Assembly: GCA_035764505.1 (NCBI GenBank)
Contig: DASTZC010000281.1
Location: forward strand, 326 to 64,325
Direction of reading: 5' to 3'
DNA length: 64,000 nt
Origin: Candidatus Polarisedimenticolia bacterium
GTDB taxonomy: Bacteria; Acidobacteriota; Polarisedimenticolia; Gp22-AA2; AA152
In this document: positions 9,199 to 18,110 of the stretch, one piece after another
How positions within the stretch are numbered: position 1 is the first letter of the stretch
Layout of the letters: the number at the start of each line of letters is the position of its first letter
Notes under the pieces: generated by a model
What the model was told of the DNA's origin: nothing
The model's input: the letters and a program-made list of their open reading frames with translations, nothing else
Databases searched by the model: none
Translations under genes and position numbers: made by a program

Positions 9199-10773
9199 AT
9201 GAATCGGCACGAGGAATTCGAGGCCGTGATCGTAGGGAGCGGAATCGCCGGGCTGCGGGCCGCCGTAGAGCTGGCGGGTGCCGGCAGGAAGACGCTCCTG
9301 GTGACCAAGGACGATCCGACGCAGAGCAACACCGGCTATGCCCAGGGCGGCATCGCCGCGGCCTGGGCGGAGGACGACCGGGCGGAGCTGCACTACGAGG
9401 ACACTCTGCGCGCCGGCGACGGGCTGTGCGACGAGCAGGCGGTCCGGGTCATGGTGGAGGAGGGACCGCCGCGCATCCGCGAGTTGATCGGCTGGGGGAC
9501 CCGCTTCGATCGCGACCACGAGAAGCTGGCGCTGGCCCGCGAGGCGGCCCACAGCCGCCGGCGCGTGATCCATGCGGGAGGCGATTCCACGGGGGCGGAG
9601 ATCGTCCGTTCCCTGCTCGCGCGCGCGCGCGGCCTGCAGGCGCTGACGGTTCGCGCCTCCACCTTCAGCGTCGATCTGGTCCTGCAGGACGGGCGCTGCG
9701 CCGGAATCCTCCTGCAGGACGAGACCAGCGGCGACGTCTACGCGGCGCTCGCCGGCTGCGTCCTTCTGGCCACGGGGGGTGCGGGGCGCCTGTACCGCGA
9801 CACCACCAACCCGCCGCAGGCCACCGGGGATGGGGTGGCCATGGGCTATCGGGCCGGCGCCGTCGTCTGCGACCTCGAGTTCGTGCAATTCCATCCAACG
9901 GTCCTGATCGCGCCGGGGGCTCCGCGCTTCCTCCTGTCGGAGGCGCTGCGCGGGGAAGGAGCCGTGCTGCGCAACGGCGCAGGGGAGCGCTTCATGCGGC
10001 TTTATCATCCCGACGCCGAGCTGGCGCCACGCGACGTGGTGGCGCGCGGCATCGTCGAGGAGATGGCGCGAAGCGGCGAGGAGTGCGTCTATCTCGATCT
10101 CACCGGCCGCGACCCGCGGTTCGTGGAGGAGCGCTTTCCGAGCATTACCCGGACCTGCCTCGCCTTCGGCTTCGATCTGGCGCGCGACCGTGTCCCCGTG
10201 CGTCCCGCGGCGCACTACATGATGGGAGGATTGCAGACCGATCTGGACGGCCGGACCAGCGTGGCGGGGCTGTACGCCGCCGGGGAGGTGGCCTGCACCG
10301 GCGTGCACGGCGCCAACCGCCTGGCGAGCAACTCGCTGCTGGAAGGGGTCGTCTTCGGCGCGCGCGCGGCGGAGGCGATGCTGCAGGAGGCCGCGGCCCC
10401 GGCTCCTCGGGCAGCGGCGAAGCTGGCGACACCTCGATCCATTCCCGTCGAGGAGGCTGAGAGCCGGCGGGAGTCGGTTGCCGATCTCATGAGCGGCAAC
10501 GCCGGCGTGCGGCGCCGGGGCGCCGATCTCGAGGCGGCCCTCGCCCGGTTGCGCGAGGGCTCGGTGCGACTCGCGTCGGTCCCCCTCCGGCGCGCCGGAG
10601 TGGAGGCCCGTAACCTGCTGCTGGTCGGAGAGCTGGTGGTGGCCTCGGCGCGCGAGCGGGAGGAAAGCCGCGGCGCGCATTTTCGCATCGATTTTCCGGA
10701 GAAGCGGTCCGCGTGGCGACGGCGCCTCGCCCGGAGCGCGCCGCCGGCGGAGGACCTGCCGCGGCTCGATTAG
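9199..10773 (+). CDS. nadB: L-aspartate oxidase
   Basis: FAD-binding VIVGSGIAGL and YAQGGIAA are present, along with the fumarate reductase/succinate dehydrogenase flavoprotein fold and a C-terminal domain typical of NadB. Confidence 0.9.
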   Translation: MNRHEEFEAVIVGSGIAGLRAAVELAGAGRKTLLVTKDDPTQSNTGYAQGGIAAAWAEDDRAELHYEDTLRAGDGLCDEQAVRVMVEEGPPRIRELIGWGTRFDRDHEKLALAREAAHSRRRVIHAGGDSTGAEIVRSLLARARGLQALTVRASTFSVDLVLQDGRCAGILLQDETSGDVYAALAGCVLLATGGAGRLYRDTTNPPQATGDGVAMGYRAGAVVCDLEFVQFHPTVLIAPGAPRFLLSEALRGEGAVLRNGAGERFMRLYHPDAELAPRDVVARGIVEEMARSGEECVYLDLTGRDPRFVEERFPSITRTCLAFGFDLARDRVPVRPAAHYMMGGLQTDLDGRTSVAGLYAAGEVACTGVHGANRLASNSLLEGVVFGARAAEAMLQEAAAPAPRAAAKLATPRSIPVEEAESRRESVADLMSGNAGVRRRGADLEAALARLREGSVRLASVPLRRAGVEARNLLLVGELVVASAREREESRGAHFRIDFPEKRSAWRRRLARSAPPAEDLPRLD

Positions 10774-10906
10774 ATGTCGCGCATCCGAAATCCCGTTACC
10801 TTCGGCCGCCGTCCATCAGAGCGACAGCGCGATGCTGTCGGTCCCGGCTTGTGGCGTTGTGTCTCGCTTGCGTAGCCACATGGGTACGAAACGCCGGCGG
10901 GTGGCT

Positions 10907-11614
10907 TCAGCGAATCAGATCGAAGGAGCGGGCCCAGCGGGTGCGCGTGAACAGGTGGGTGATCTTCGACCAGATCGCCAGCACCCGATCCACCAGCCCG
11001 GTCTTCAGGTAGGCGTCGCGCTCTTCCTCGTAGGACCAGAAGATCACGAAGGCGCGTCCCTTGATGTAGTCGCGCGGGACGAACCCCCAGGCGCGCGAGT
11101 CGCGGCTGTTGTCGCGGTTGTCCCCCATCGCGAAGAAGCTGTCGGGTGGGATCTTGGTGGGCGCGTAGTCATCGGCGTCGATGTTGGTGGATTGCGGGTA
11201 GATGTGCTGGACGTAGGGCTCTTTCTGCAGGACACCGTTGAGGAAGAGCTGGCGATGGCGGATCTCGACCACGTCGCCCGGAATGCCGATGACCCGCTTG
11301 ATGTAGTCCTTCTCAGGCTCCTCGGGATATTTGAAGACGATGATGTCGCCGCGGCGGACGTCGCGGATCGGTAGCAGCTTGCGCTCCCAGGAGAAGCTGG
11401 TGGGAGCATAGACGTGCTTGTTGACCATGATGTAGTCGCCGATCAGGAGCGTCGGGATCATGGAGCCGGTCGGGATCTTCGACTGCTGGAAGACGAAGGT
11501 GCGGGCGAACAGCACGAAGATGACGCAGGTGACGATGGTCTCGAGATAGTCCCGCAGGATCCCCTTGGGCGGGGAGGATTCGGTGGCGGATGAGGCGGCG
11601 GAGGGCTCGCTCAT
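10907..11614 (-). CDS. lepB: Signal peptidase I
   Basis: It has the S26 motifs SGSMIPTL and GDNRDNSxDSR, with an N-terminal TM segment. Confidence 0.9.
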   Translation of the reverse strand: MSEPSAASSATESSPPKGILRDYLETIVTCVIFVLFARTFVFQQSKIPTGSMIPTLLIGDYIMVNKHVYAPTSFSWERKLLPIRDVRRGDIIVFKYPEEPEKDYIKRVIGIPGDVVEIRHRQLFLNGVLQKEPYVQHIYPQSTNIDADDYAPTKIPPDSFFAMGDNRDNSRDSRAWGFVPRDYIKGRAFVIFWSYEEERDAYLKTGLVDRVLAIWSKITHLFTRTRWARSFDLIR

Positions 11615-12138
11615 CGCAGGAACGCGGCGACCTGCTCGACCGCCTGCTCCGGCGTGAGGGCCGTCGTGGTGATGTCCAGTTGTTGCGCTTCGAGCATCTG
11701 GTGGCTTTTGAGCGAATCCAGGAAGCGGTCCCAGAAGTCCCCCAGCAGGACGATCCGCGTACGGGGAAGAAGCCCGCTTCGGTTCAGCGCCCAGAGAAAC
11801 GAGAGCTCCGCGAGAGTTCCGGATTTGCCGGACAGGATTATATAGGCGTCGGAAAGCTCTATCAAACGGCGGGTGCGCAGGAACAGGTCCGGCTCGTCGA
11901 GCGCTTCCGAGAGGTACGAGTTCGCCGGTCCGCGCGCGAAGGCCGCGGTGGTCACGCCGACCGAGGTCCCCCCGCCTTCACGGGCGCCGCGGCTCGCCGC
12001 TTCCATCACGCCGCCGTAGCCGCCGTTGACGACGCGCAATCCGGCGCGCGCCAGCAGCCATCCGCACCGCCGCGCCTGCTCGTAGAGGGCCTCTCCTTCC
12101 CGTGGCTCGGAGCTGCCGAACACGGCCACCGACTTCAT
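11611..12138 (-). CDS. LOG family protein (TIGR00730 Rossmann-fold nucleotide-binding/cytokinin riboside 5'-monophosphate phosphoribohydrolase-like)
   Basis: GGYGGVMEA...SGKSGTLAEL motifs are present. The stop overlaps the lepB start by 4 nt. Confidence 0.8.
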   Translation of the reverse strand: MKSVAVFGSSEPREGEALYEQARRCGWLLARAGLRVVNGGYGGVMEAASRGAREGGGTSVGVTTAAFARGPANSYLSEALDEPDLFLRTRRLIELSDAYIILSGKSGTLAELSFLWALNRSGLLPRTRIVLLGDFWDRFLDSLKSHQMLEAQQLDITTTALTPEQAVEQVAAFLR

Positions 12139-12157
12139 GAGGTCCTCCCTCGCGGTC

Positions 12158-12298
12158 TCAGCGCTCAGGGAGCCTGTCTTTGAGGCGTCGCAGCTGCGAG
12201 GAGACGGCGCGCAGTCGGACCGACAGGGTCAGGATGTAGGCGGCCAGCGCGACCCAGATAATCGTGTAGGCCCAGAACAGGTAGTTCAGGTTCTTCAT
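12158..12298 (-). CDS. ccmD: Heme exporter protein CcmD (small single-TM protein)
   Basis: MKNLNYLFWAYTIIWVALAAYIL followed by a basic tail begins 1 nt after the ccmC stop. The ORF track extends further 5' (12382), but an internal ATG at 12298 fits CcmD size and position. Confidence 0.5.
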   Translation of the reverse strand: MKNLNYLFWAYTIIWVALAAYILTLSVRLRAVSSQLRRLKDRLPER

Positions 12299-12299
12299 C

Positions 12300-13004
12300 T
12301 CAGGCTCCCGGGAGGCCTTCCCGCTCCCTCGCCTCGGCCAGGGCCTCCTGCAGCAGGCCGAGTCGGAATCGCAGACAGACAAGCAGGGTGAAGAACAGCG
12401 TCATGGTGAGCATGCACAGCAGGAACACCTTAAGCATGACCGGCTCCAGCCCCTCGCCGCCGCCCGCCTTGAACACGATGGGATGGTGTCCCCGCCAGAT
12501 CTTCACCGAGAAGTAGATCAGCGGCACGTCAAGGAAACCGACGATTCCGGTGACGGCGCACAGCCGAGCGCCCTGCTCGGGCGTCTCGGCTTGCGAGCGC
12601 AGGATCAGATAGGCGACGAAGACCAGCTCGAGGACAAGGGTGGTGGTGAGCCGCGCCTCCCAGGTCCACCAGGTGCCCCAGGCGGGGCGCGCCCAGATCG
12701 GCCCGGTGAAAAGCACGATGGCGCAGAACAGGACTCCGAGCTCCGCCGCGGCGTGGGCCAGCGTGTCCCAGGTGCGGTTGCGCGTGGCGAGATAGAGGAT
12801 GCTGGCGACGAAGACGATGAAGAACCCAAGGAACGCCACCCAGGCGGAGGGGACGTGGAAATAAAAGATGCGCTGCACCACTCCCATCGTCACTTCGTTC
12901 GGCACTACCCGGAAGACCCCGTACAAGCAGGCGATCATCAGGAGAAACACCGGAAAGAACAGGATCCGCTCGATGGCGTGGACGGTCTTTTCGAGGCGCT
13001 CCAT
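12300..13004 (-). CDS. ccmC: Heme exporter protein CcmC
   Basis: The WWD domain signature WGTWWTWEARLTTTL is present in a multi-TM protein. Confidence 0.85.
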   Translation of the reverse strand: MERLEKTVHAIERILFFPVFLLMIACLYGVFRVVPNEVTMGVVQRIFYFHVPSAWVAFLGFFIVFVASILYLATRNRTWDTLAHAAAELGVLFCAIVLFTGPIWARPAWGTWWTWEARLTTTLVLELVFVAYLILRSQAETPEQGARLCAVTGIVGFLDVPLIYFSVKIWRGHHPIVFKAGGGEGLEPVMLKVFLLCMLTMTLFFTLLVCLRFRLGLLQEALAEAREREGLPGA

Positions 13005-13010
13005 GACGTC

Positions 13011-13663
13011 TCATTCCTCCAGGACGTGATCGAAGACCAGGACGCCGGCCGCCAGGAAGGCGGCCGCGAAGCAGGCGGACAATCCCAGCAGCGGCCCATA
13101 GGCGGCGAAGGAGCGCCCGACCAGGCAGAGCCGCGTGGCCTTGACTCCCCAGATGATCACCGGCGTCGCGGCCGGAAGGAGAAGCAGAGGCAGCATGAGC
13201 TCGCTGCGCCTCGTGCGCACCGACACGGCGGCGAACAAGGTCCCCAGGGCTGAGAATCCGGCGGCGTTCACGGCAATCACGGAAGACAACGGCAGCCAGG
13301 CGCCGGACAGATCATAGCCGAAGAACACCGCCGAAATCGGCAGGATGAAGACCTGCACGATGAGCACGAAGAGAAAATTGGCCAGGAACTTTCCCAGGAA
13401 GACCGAGCTGGGATCGCAGGGGCAGAGCGCCAGGGCGGTCAGGCAGCTTCTCTCTCGCTCAATCAGAAACGAGTTCTGCAGGCTCAGGACCGCCGAGAAG
13501 GTGAGCGTGATCCACAGGGCGCCGGCTCCGACGTCCTGGAAGCCGAGGCCGAGGCGCTGGAAGTCGAAGGCGAAATTGAAAATCACCTGGACGAGCAGAG
13601 CGAAGAAAAAGGCGGCCGTAAAGCTCTCTCGCGTGCGGACCTCCTGCCGGAGGTCCTTCATGC
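13011..13663 (-). CDS. ccmB: Heme exporter protein CcmB
   Basis: A CcmB-like six-TM protein starts at MKDLRQEV. The long Arg/Gly-rich N-terminal extension of ORF 13011..14504 overlaps ccmA and is rejected. Confidence 0.75.
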
Positions 13664-13705
13664 AGATGGTCAGCGCCGGCCAGCGGCTCTCCAAGCTGCA
13701 GGACC

Positions 13706-14428
13706 TCAAGCGCCCCGGCGGGCGTGCGTGGCGTAGGCCGCCTCGAGCGTCTCGAAGCCCGCCTCGTGGCGCGCCGACTGGTAGGCGAGCACGCCGCCGG
13801 AGAGAATCGCGACGCGCTCGGCGGCTTCGTACCCGGAGCGCAGATCGTGCGACGTGAAAAGAATCGCCTTGCCGGCTGCGCTCCGTTTCCGCAAAAGGAT
13901 CGACAACGAAGCGGCGGCCTGCGGATCGAGCCCCGAGAAGGGCTCGTCCAGAAGGAGGAGGTCCGGATCGTTGACCAGGGCGCGGGCCACCGCCAGACGC
14001 TGCTGCATCCCTCGGGAGTAGCTGCCCACCAGATCGTCCTCGCGTCCCGAAAGGCCCACCTGCGCGAACAGGCTCCCGCAACGGTCGACCGTATCGCGTG
14101 CGCCGTACATGCGCGCGTAGAACAGCAGATTTTCCCGTCCGGTCAGACGCTCGTACAGCATGCTGTGATGGGAAAGAAAGCCGATGCGTGCCCGCCAGCG
14201 TCGGCGATCCTCGTGACCGGCGAGACGATTCCCATCCACCGCGATCTCGCCTTTCAAGGGCCTGAGCAGGGAGGCCAGGATGCGCAGGAGGGTCGTTTTC
14301 CCGGCGCCGTTCGGTCCGAACAGCGCCATCGACTCCCCCGGACGCATCGTCAAGCTTACCCCGCGCAACACCGGACGCAGGCCGAAGCCGAACTCCAGTC
14401 CCTTCGCCTCGACGAAGGGAGCGCTCAA
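13706..14428 (-). CDS. ccmA: Cytochrome c biogenesis ABC transporter ATP-binding protein CcmA
   Basis: Walker A GPNGAGKTTLL, the ABC signature and Walker B LLLLDEP are present. Confidence 0.85.
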   Translation of the reverse strand: MSAPFVEAKGLEFGFGLRPVLRGVSLTMRPGESMALFGPNGAGKTTLLRILASLLRPLKGEIAVDGNRLAGHEDRRRWRARIGFLSHHSMLYERLTGRENLLFYARMYGARDTVDRCGSLFAQVGLSGREDDLVGSYSRGMQQRLAVARALVNDPDLLLLDEPFSGLDPQAAASLSILLRKRSAAGKAILFTSHDLRSGYEAAERVAILSGGVLAYQSARHEAGFETLEAAYATHARRGA

Positions 14429-14763
14429 AGAGCAGCCTTCCTCGGCTGGAGAGGATCGGGCGGTCCGGCGGGAGAGCGCTCGAGCCTTGCTTCGAGAATC
14501 TCAATCTGGCGCAGAATCTCGGCGGCCTCGCCCTGATAGCGCGACTTCAGCTCCTGATAGTCCTTGTCGGCCATCTTCCCCATGCGGAAGTCGAACTCCA
14601 GATCTCGCAGCGTGTCGTAGGCGACGTTGCGCAGGGCGAGAAGGTCCTTCAGCTCGGAGGCCAGGGCGTATTCTCCCCCCTGGAATTCCTCCTTCTGCAG
14701 GAACGGCAGGAGAATCCAGAATCCAAGGCCCAAGGAAAGTGCCAGGAACGCCACGATTGCCAT
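14425..14763 (-). CDS. Small membrane protein (one TM segment plus a coiled-coil tail) inserted between ccmH and ccmA. It may be a CcmI-like accessory protein.
   Basis: An internal ATG (14763) lies within ORF 14425..15132 and gives a 112-aa MAIVAFLALSLGLGFWILLPFL... followed by a charged helical tail. Its start overlaps the ccmH stop. Confidence 0.4.
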   Translation of the reverse strand: MAIVAFLALSLGLGFWILLPFLQKEEFQGGEYALASELKDLLALRNVAYDTLRDLEFDFRMGKMADKDYQELKSRYQGEAAEILRQIEILEARLERSPAGPPDPLQPRKAAL

Positions 14764-15284
14764 CAGCGCTCCGACTGCTCCATCTCGGCTTGGACGCGTT
14801 TCAGATAGGAGGGATCGGGGGCCTTGATCCCTGAGGCGGGCAACGGCTGCACCAGCGGGGCCTCCCGCCAGGGAACGCGCGACCAGCGTCTCAGGACGAC
14901 GAGAAGGAGCACCGCGCCCGCCAGCACTGCGGCGAAGGGGGCGAGCCAGCCGACAAGGTTGAAGCCCTCGGTCGTGGGAGCCGCAAGAATCTGCTCTCCG
15001 TACTCGTCCACGTACGCCTGAAGGATCTGAGCGGGGCTCTGGCCCGAGCGGAGGCGAGTGCCGACGTCGGCGCGCACCTGATCCGCCTTGCCGCAGGTGC
15101 AGTTCTTGACCGTGAGATTGTTGCAGCCGCAATCGCAGACGATCTGCGCGGTAATCTCATCCACCGGACCGCCGTCGGGTGCATCGGCGAAGGCGCCGGC
15201 CGCGCTCAGGGCAAGCAGCACGGCGACAAACAGCCGTCGAATGCTACGCAAGAGTGCGCTCCTCCACCAGGCGGGCCCGCGCAA
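14763..15284 (-). CDS. ccmH: Cytochrome c-type biogenesis protein CcmH/NrfF-like
   Basis: It has a signal peptide, a Cys-rich segment (CDCGCNNLTVKNCTC) and a C-terminal TM segment. It is positioned between ccmF and ccmA. Confidence 0.6.
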   Translation of the reverse strand: MRGPAWWRSALLRSIRRLFVAVLLALSAAGAFADAPDGGPVDEITAQIVCDCGCNNLTVKNCTCGKADQVRADVGTRLRSGQSPAQILQAYVDEYGEQILAAPTTEGFNLVGWLAPFAAVLAGAVLLLVVLRRWSRVPWREAPLVQPLPASGIKAPDPSYLKRVQAEMEQSER

Positions 15285-17232
15285 GGAGGGCGCGCTCCCT
15301 GGCGTCGGGCCAGACGGCGACGTGCGTCCCGACGAAAATCACCATCCAGCCGATCCAGATCCAGTTGATCAGCGGATTGAGATAGGCTTTGAAGGTCGCC
15401 TGGCCGCTGTTCGGATCGAAGTCGATGAGGATCAGGTAGAGATCCTCGCGCAAGGTCGAGTGGATGTCGACCTCCGTCGAAGGCTGATTGAAGGCCTTGT
15501 AGAAGTTCCGTCCCGGGCGCAGGACCGCCACCGGATGTCCTGCCCGCTCCACCCCGAGGACGCCGATGAACGAATCCATGTTCGCGTCGCTGGTGGAGGA
15601 GGTGTCCTTGAAGGTGAGCCGGTAGGGCGACATGTCGAAAGATTCTCCCAGACGCAGCGAGAAGGTGCTCTCGCGCCGGAAGAACGAAGATCCCACTACG
15701 CCCATGAGAATCAGCACGACGCCAACGTGAACCGTGTAGCCTCCGTAGCGCCGGCGGTTCTTGCCGACGAGGTGCGCGAAGGCCGCAGGCAGCCGCTCCC
15801 CGGTGGAGAGATGTCGAGCGTGTGAGCCCCGGATGAATTCGTACGCCACGGTCCCCAGGACAAAGGCACAGAGCGTGAAAGCCACCAGCGGCGCGAAATC
15901 GCGCAATCCGCCGGCGAGCAGCACGACCAGAACCAGGGCGGCCCCCGCGGCGGGATAGAGGAAGATGCGCAGCAGGTGGTGTGCCGAGGCGCGACGCCAG
16001 GCGATCAGGGGGCATATTCCCGTGAGCGCGAGCAGGGCGAGCGCCAGGGGGAGATTGACCGTGTTGAAGAAAGGTGGCCCGACGGTGATCTTCACGCCGC
16101 GCACCGCCTCCGAGATTACCGGAAAGATGGTGCCCCAGAACACCGCGAAGCAGATCCCGACAAGAAGCAGGTTGTTGAACAGGAAGCTGCTTTCGCGAGA
16201 CACGAAGGAGTCGAGCCTTCCCTCGCTCTGCAGGCGCGGCAGCCGCCAGACCAGCAGCGTCACGGAGAACGTCACCACGATCCCCAGGAAGACTGCGAGG
16301 ACCGTGCCCACGCCGGACTTGGCGAAGGCATGGACCGAGGAGATCACACCGCTTCTTGTCAGGAAGGTTCCGAAGATTGACAGGCAGAAGGTGAGGAGAA
16401 TCAGCCCCATGTTCCATACCTTCAGCATGCGCTTCTTCTCCTGGATCATCACCGAGTGCAGGAAGGCCGTCGCCGTGAGCCAGGGCATCAGCGCCGCGTT
16501 CTCGACCGGATCCCACGCCCAGTAGCCCCCCCAACCCAGCTCGATGTAGGCCCAGTAGCCGCCCAGCAGCAGCCCGACCCCCAGAAAGAGCCAGGCGAAC
16601 AGGGTCCAGCGCCGAGTGGTGCGAATCCAGACGTCCCCGACCCTGCCCGACAGAAGCGCCCCCATGGCGAAGGCGAAAGGCACCGACACGCCGACGTATC
16701 CCAGATACAGCGTCGGCGGGTGTATCGCCATCAGTGGCGTCTGCAGCTGCGGGTTCAACCCATTGCCGTCGGGCGGGGTGAATCCCAGCAGATCGAACGG
16801 ATTGCTCGTGAAATTCAGGAGGATGAGGAAAAAGGTGGTGATGCCGGAGAGGGTGGCCACGACGTGCGGCATCAAGGCCCGGTTCTGCCTGCGGTTTTGC
16901 GCGATCACAATGGCGGAGAACACCGATAGGACGAGAACCCAGAGCAGGAGCGAGCCGGCGTGCCCACCCCAGAAGGCGGTGAACTTGAAAAGCGGAGGCA
17001 TCGCCCGGCTGGAGTACGAGGCGACGTACTCGACGTCGAAGCGGTCGCGCAGGAAAAGGGTCCACAGGGATACGGAGGCGGCGACCAGGGCGAAGGTGAC
17101 GCCCAGCGAGCCGCGCTCGCCACTTTGCACCAGCGAGCGCGAGCGCGTCAGCGCTCCCAGCGCGCAGGCCACCAGGGACCAGGCTGCGAGAACCAGGGCC
17201 AGGATCAGACAGAGGCCGCCGAACTGTGGCAT
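15244..17232 (-). CDS. ccmF: Cytochrome c-type biogenesis protein CcmF (heme lyase subunit)
   Basis: The WWD domain WGGYWAWDPVENAALMPW is present in a large polytopic membrane protein. Confidence 0.9.
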   Translation of the reverse strand: MPQFGGLCLILALVLAAWSLVACALGALTRSRSLVQSGERGSLGVTFALVAASVSLWTLFLRDRFDVEYVASYSSRAMPPLFKFTAFWGGHAGSLLLWVLVLSVFSAIVIAQNRRQNRALMPHVVATLSGITTFFLILLNFTSNPFDLLGFTPPDGNGLNPQLQTPLMAIHPPTLYLGYVGVSVPFAFAMGALLSGRVGDVWIRTTRRWTLFAWLFLGVGLLLGGYWAYIELGWGGYWAWDPVENAALMPWLTATAFLHSVMIQEKKRMLKVWNMGLILLTFCLSIFGTFLTRSGVISSVHAFAKSGVGTVLAVFLGIVVTFSVTLLVWRLPRLQSEGRLDSFVSRESSFLFNNLLLVGICFAVFWGTIFPVISEAVRGVKITVGPPFFNTVNLPLALALLALTGICPLIAWRRASAHHLLRIFLYPAAGAALVLVVLLAGGLRDFAPLVAFTLCAFVLGTVAYEFIRGSHARHLSTGERLPAAFAHLVGKNRRRYGGYTVHVGVVLILMGVVGSSFFRRESTFSLRLGESFDMSPYRLTFKDTSSTSDANMDSFIGVLGVERAGHPVAVLRPGRNFYKAFNQPSTEVDIHSTLREDLYLILIDFDPNSGQATFKAYLNPLINWIWIGWMVIFVGTHVAVWPDARERALLARARLVEERTLA

Positions 17233-17295
17233 TTCAACTCCGGAATTCGGTCGCCGGCTCTCGCCCGGGGGGGAGGAGGCGGTTTGCGGCCGGGC

Positions 17296-17745
17296 TCAGG
17301 GGGAAGCGGCCATCTTTGCCTTGGCCTGACTCTCGTACTTCGAAGGACATTTCGCCAGCAGGGTATGGGCCTCGAACGCCTCGCCGCGCATCCTTCCTTC
17401 GACCACGACCTCGGCATTGTCCACGAAGGTGTCCGGAAGCTCCTTGCCGAAGACGACCGGCAGCGTGCGGGTTCCATCGGTCATCACGAACCGCGCTCCG
17501 AGGCGACCGCTGGTCTTGACGATACTTCCCGGAACCACATGTCCGTTCACGCGGAAGTGGGAGTCGAGATCGGAGGGTGGATGGTCGATGAACTCGCCGA
17601 CCGTAAGATAGTAGACCATCGAGCTGCGAAAGCTGAGCCCGACGAGAGCGGTGAAGGCCGCCAGTAAGATGACGATGCAGATGACGATCTTGGGACTGAA
17701 CCGGAGGCGCACCGGGAAGCTCTCCCCGTCCTTTGCAAAATGCAA
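17296..17745 (-). CDS. ccmE: Heme chaperone CcmE, CxxxY variant
   Basis: It has an N-terminal TM anchor and an OB-fold. The C-terminal motif LAKCPSKY replaces the canonical LAKHDENY, so a Cys sits where the heme-binding His is expected. Confidence 0.8.
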   Translation of the reverse strand: MHFAKDGESFPVRLRFSPKIVICIVILLAAFTALVGLSFRSSMVYYLTVGEFIDHPPSDLDSHFRVNGHVVPGSIVKTSGRLGARFVMTDGTRTLPVVFGKELPDTFVDNAEVVVEGRMRGEAFEAHTLLAKCPSKYESQAKAKMAASP

Positions 17746-17829
17746 ATTGATGCTAACCCGAGACTTGCAGGGAAGTCAACCCGCGTAGCGGGGGATCCCG
17801 ATCAACCTGTGCGGCTGCAGAGCCGGGGC

Positions 17830-17857
17830 TTGACAGGCCCGCGAACGAGCCTATATT
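17830..17857 (+). promoter_or_regulatory. sigma70-like promoter (TTGACA, 16-nt spacer, TATATT)
   Basis: A near-consensus -35 and -10 sit in an AT-rich island of an otherwise 70% GC genome. It is on the plus strand, upstream of the hairpin/T-run and greA. Confidence 0.45.
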
Positions 17858-17863
17858 ACAATC

Positions 17864-18001
17864 AGATTTAGTATATATATGTTTTTGGATGCACCTCCTA
17901 CCTTTGCATCGAAAACATGCATATACAGCTCAGGCAGTCTTAAATCCTCCCAAACCCAACAACCCGATCGGGGACCGAAAGGTCCCCCCCTCCTTTTTTT
18001 T
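17864..18001 (+). ncRNA. Candidate ~135-nt small RNA or terminated greA leader transcript
   Basis: The candidate is bounded by the promoter at 17830-17857 and the intrinsic terminator at 17970-18001. The region is AT-rich and holds only a spurious 61-aa ORF. Confidence 0.35.
17970..18001 (+). terminator. Rho-independent terminator (GGGGACC-GAAA-GGTCCCC followed by an 8-T run)
   Basis: A perfect 7-bp GC stem with a GNRA-like loop is followed by CCCTCCTTTTTTTT. On the minus strand no T-run follows the stem, so the orientation is plus. Confidence 0.6.
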
Positions 18002-18110
18002 CTTCACCAATTGCGGCGCACTCGCCTTAAACCTTGAGCCGCAATGCGTTGACATCCCGTGGATCCGATCGTAGACTTCAAAAAATTCGACAAACGCAGG
18101 GAAACCGCGC

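Noticed and set aside
9076-10688. ORFs 9076..10680 (-, 534 aa), 9426..10460 (+, 344 aa) and others overlapping nadB.
   Set aside because: nadB has unambiguous flavoprotein motifs on the plus strand. The alternatives are low-complexity artefacts.
13011-14504. 497-aa ORF 13011..14504 (-) taken as one protein.
   Set aside because: Its N-terminal 280 residues are antisense junk overlapping ccmA. Only the C-terminal 217 residues, from MKDLRQ, are CcmB.
15206-17065. 619-aa ORF 15206..17065 (-) and the plus-strand ORFs 15088..17667.
   Set aside because: They overlap ccmF in other frames or on the other strand. ccmF has the WWD domain and a coherent TM topology.
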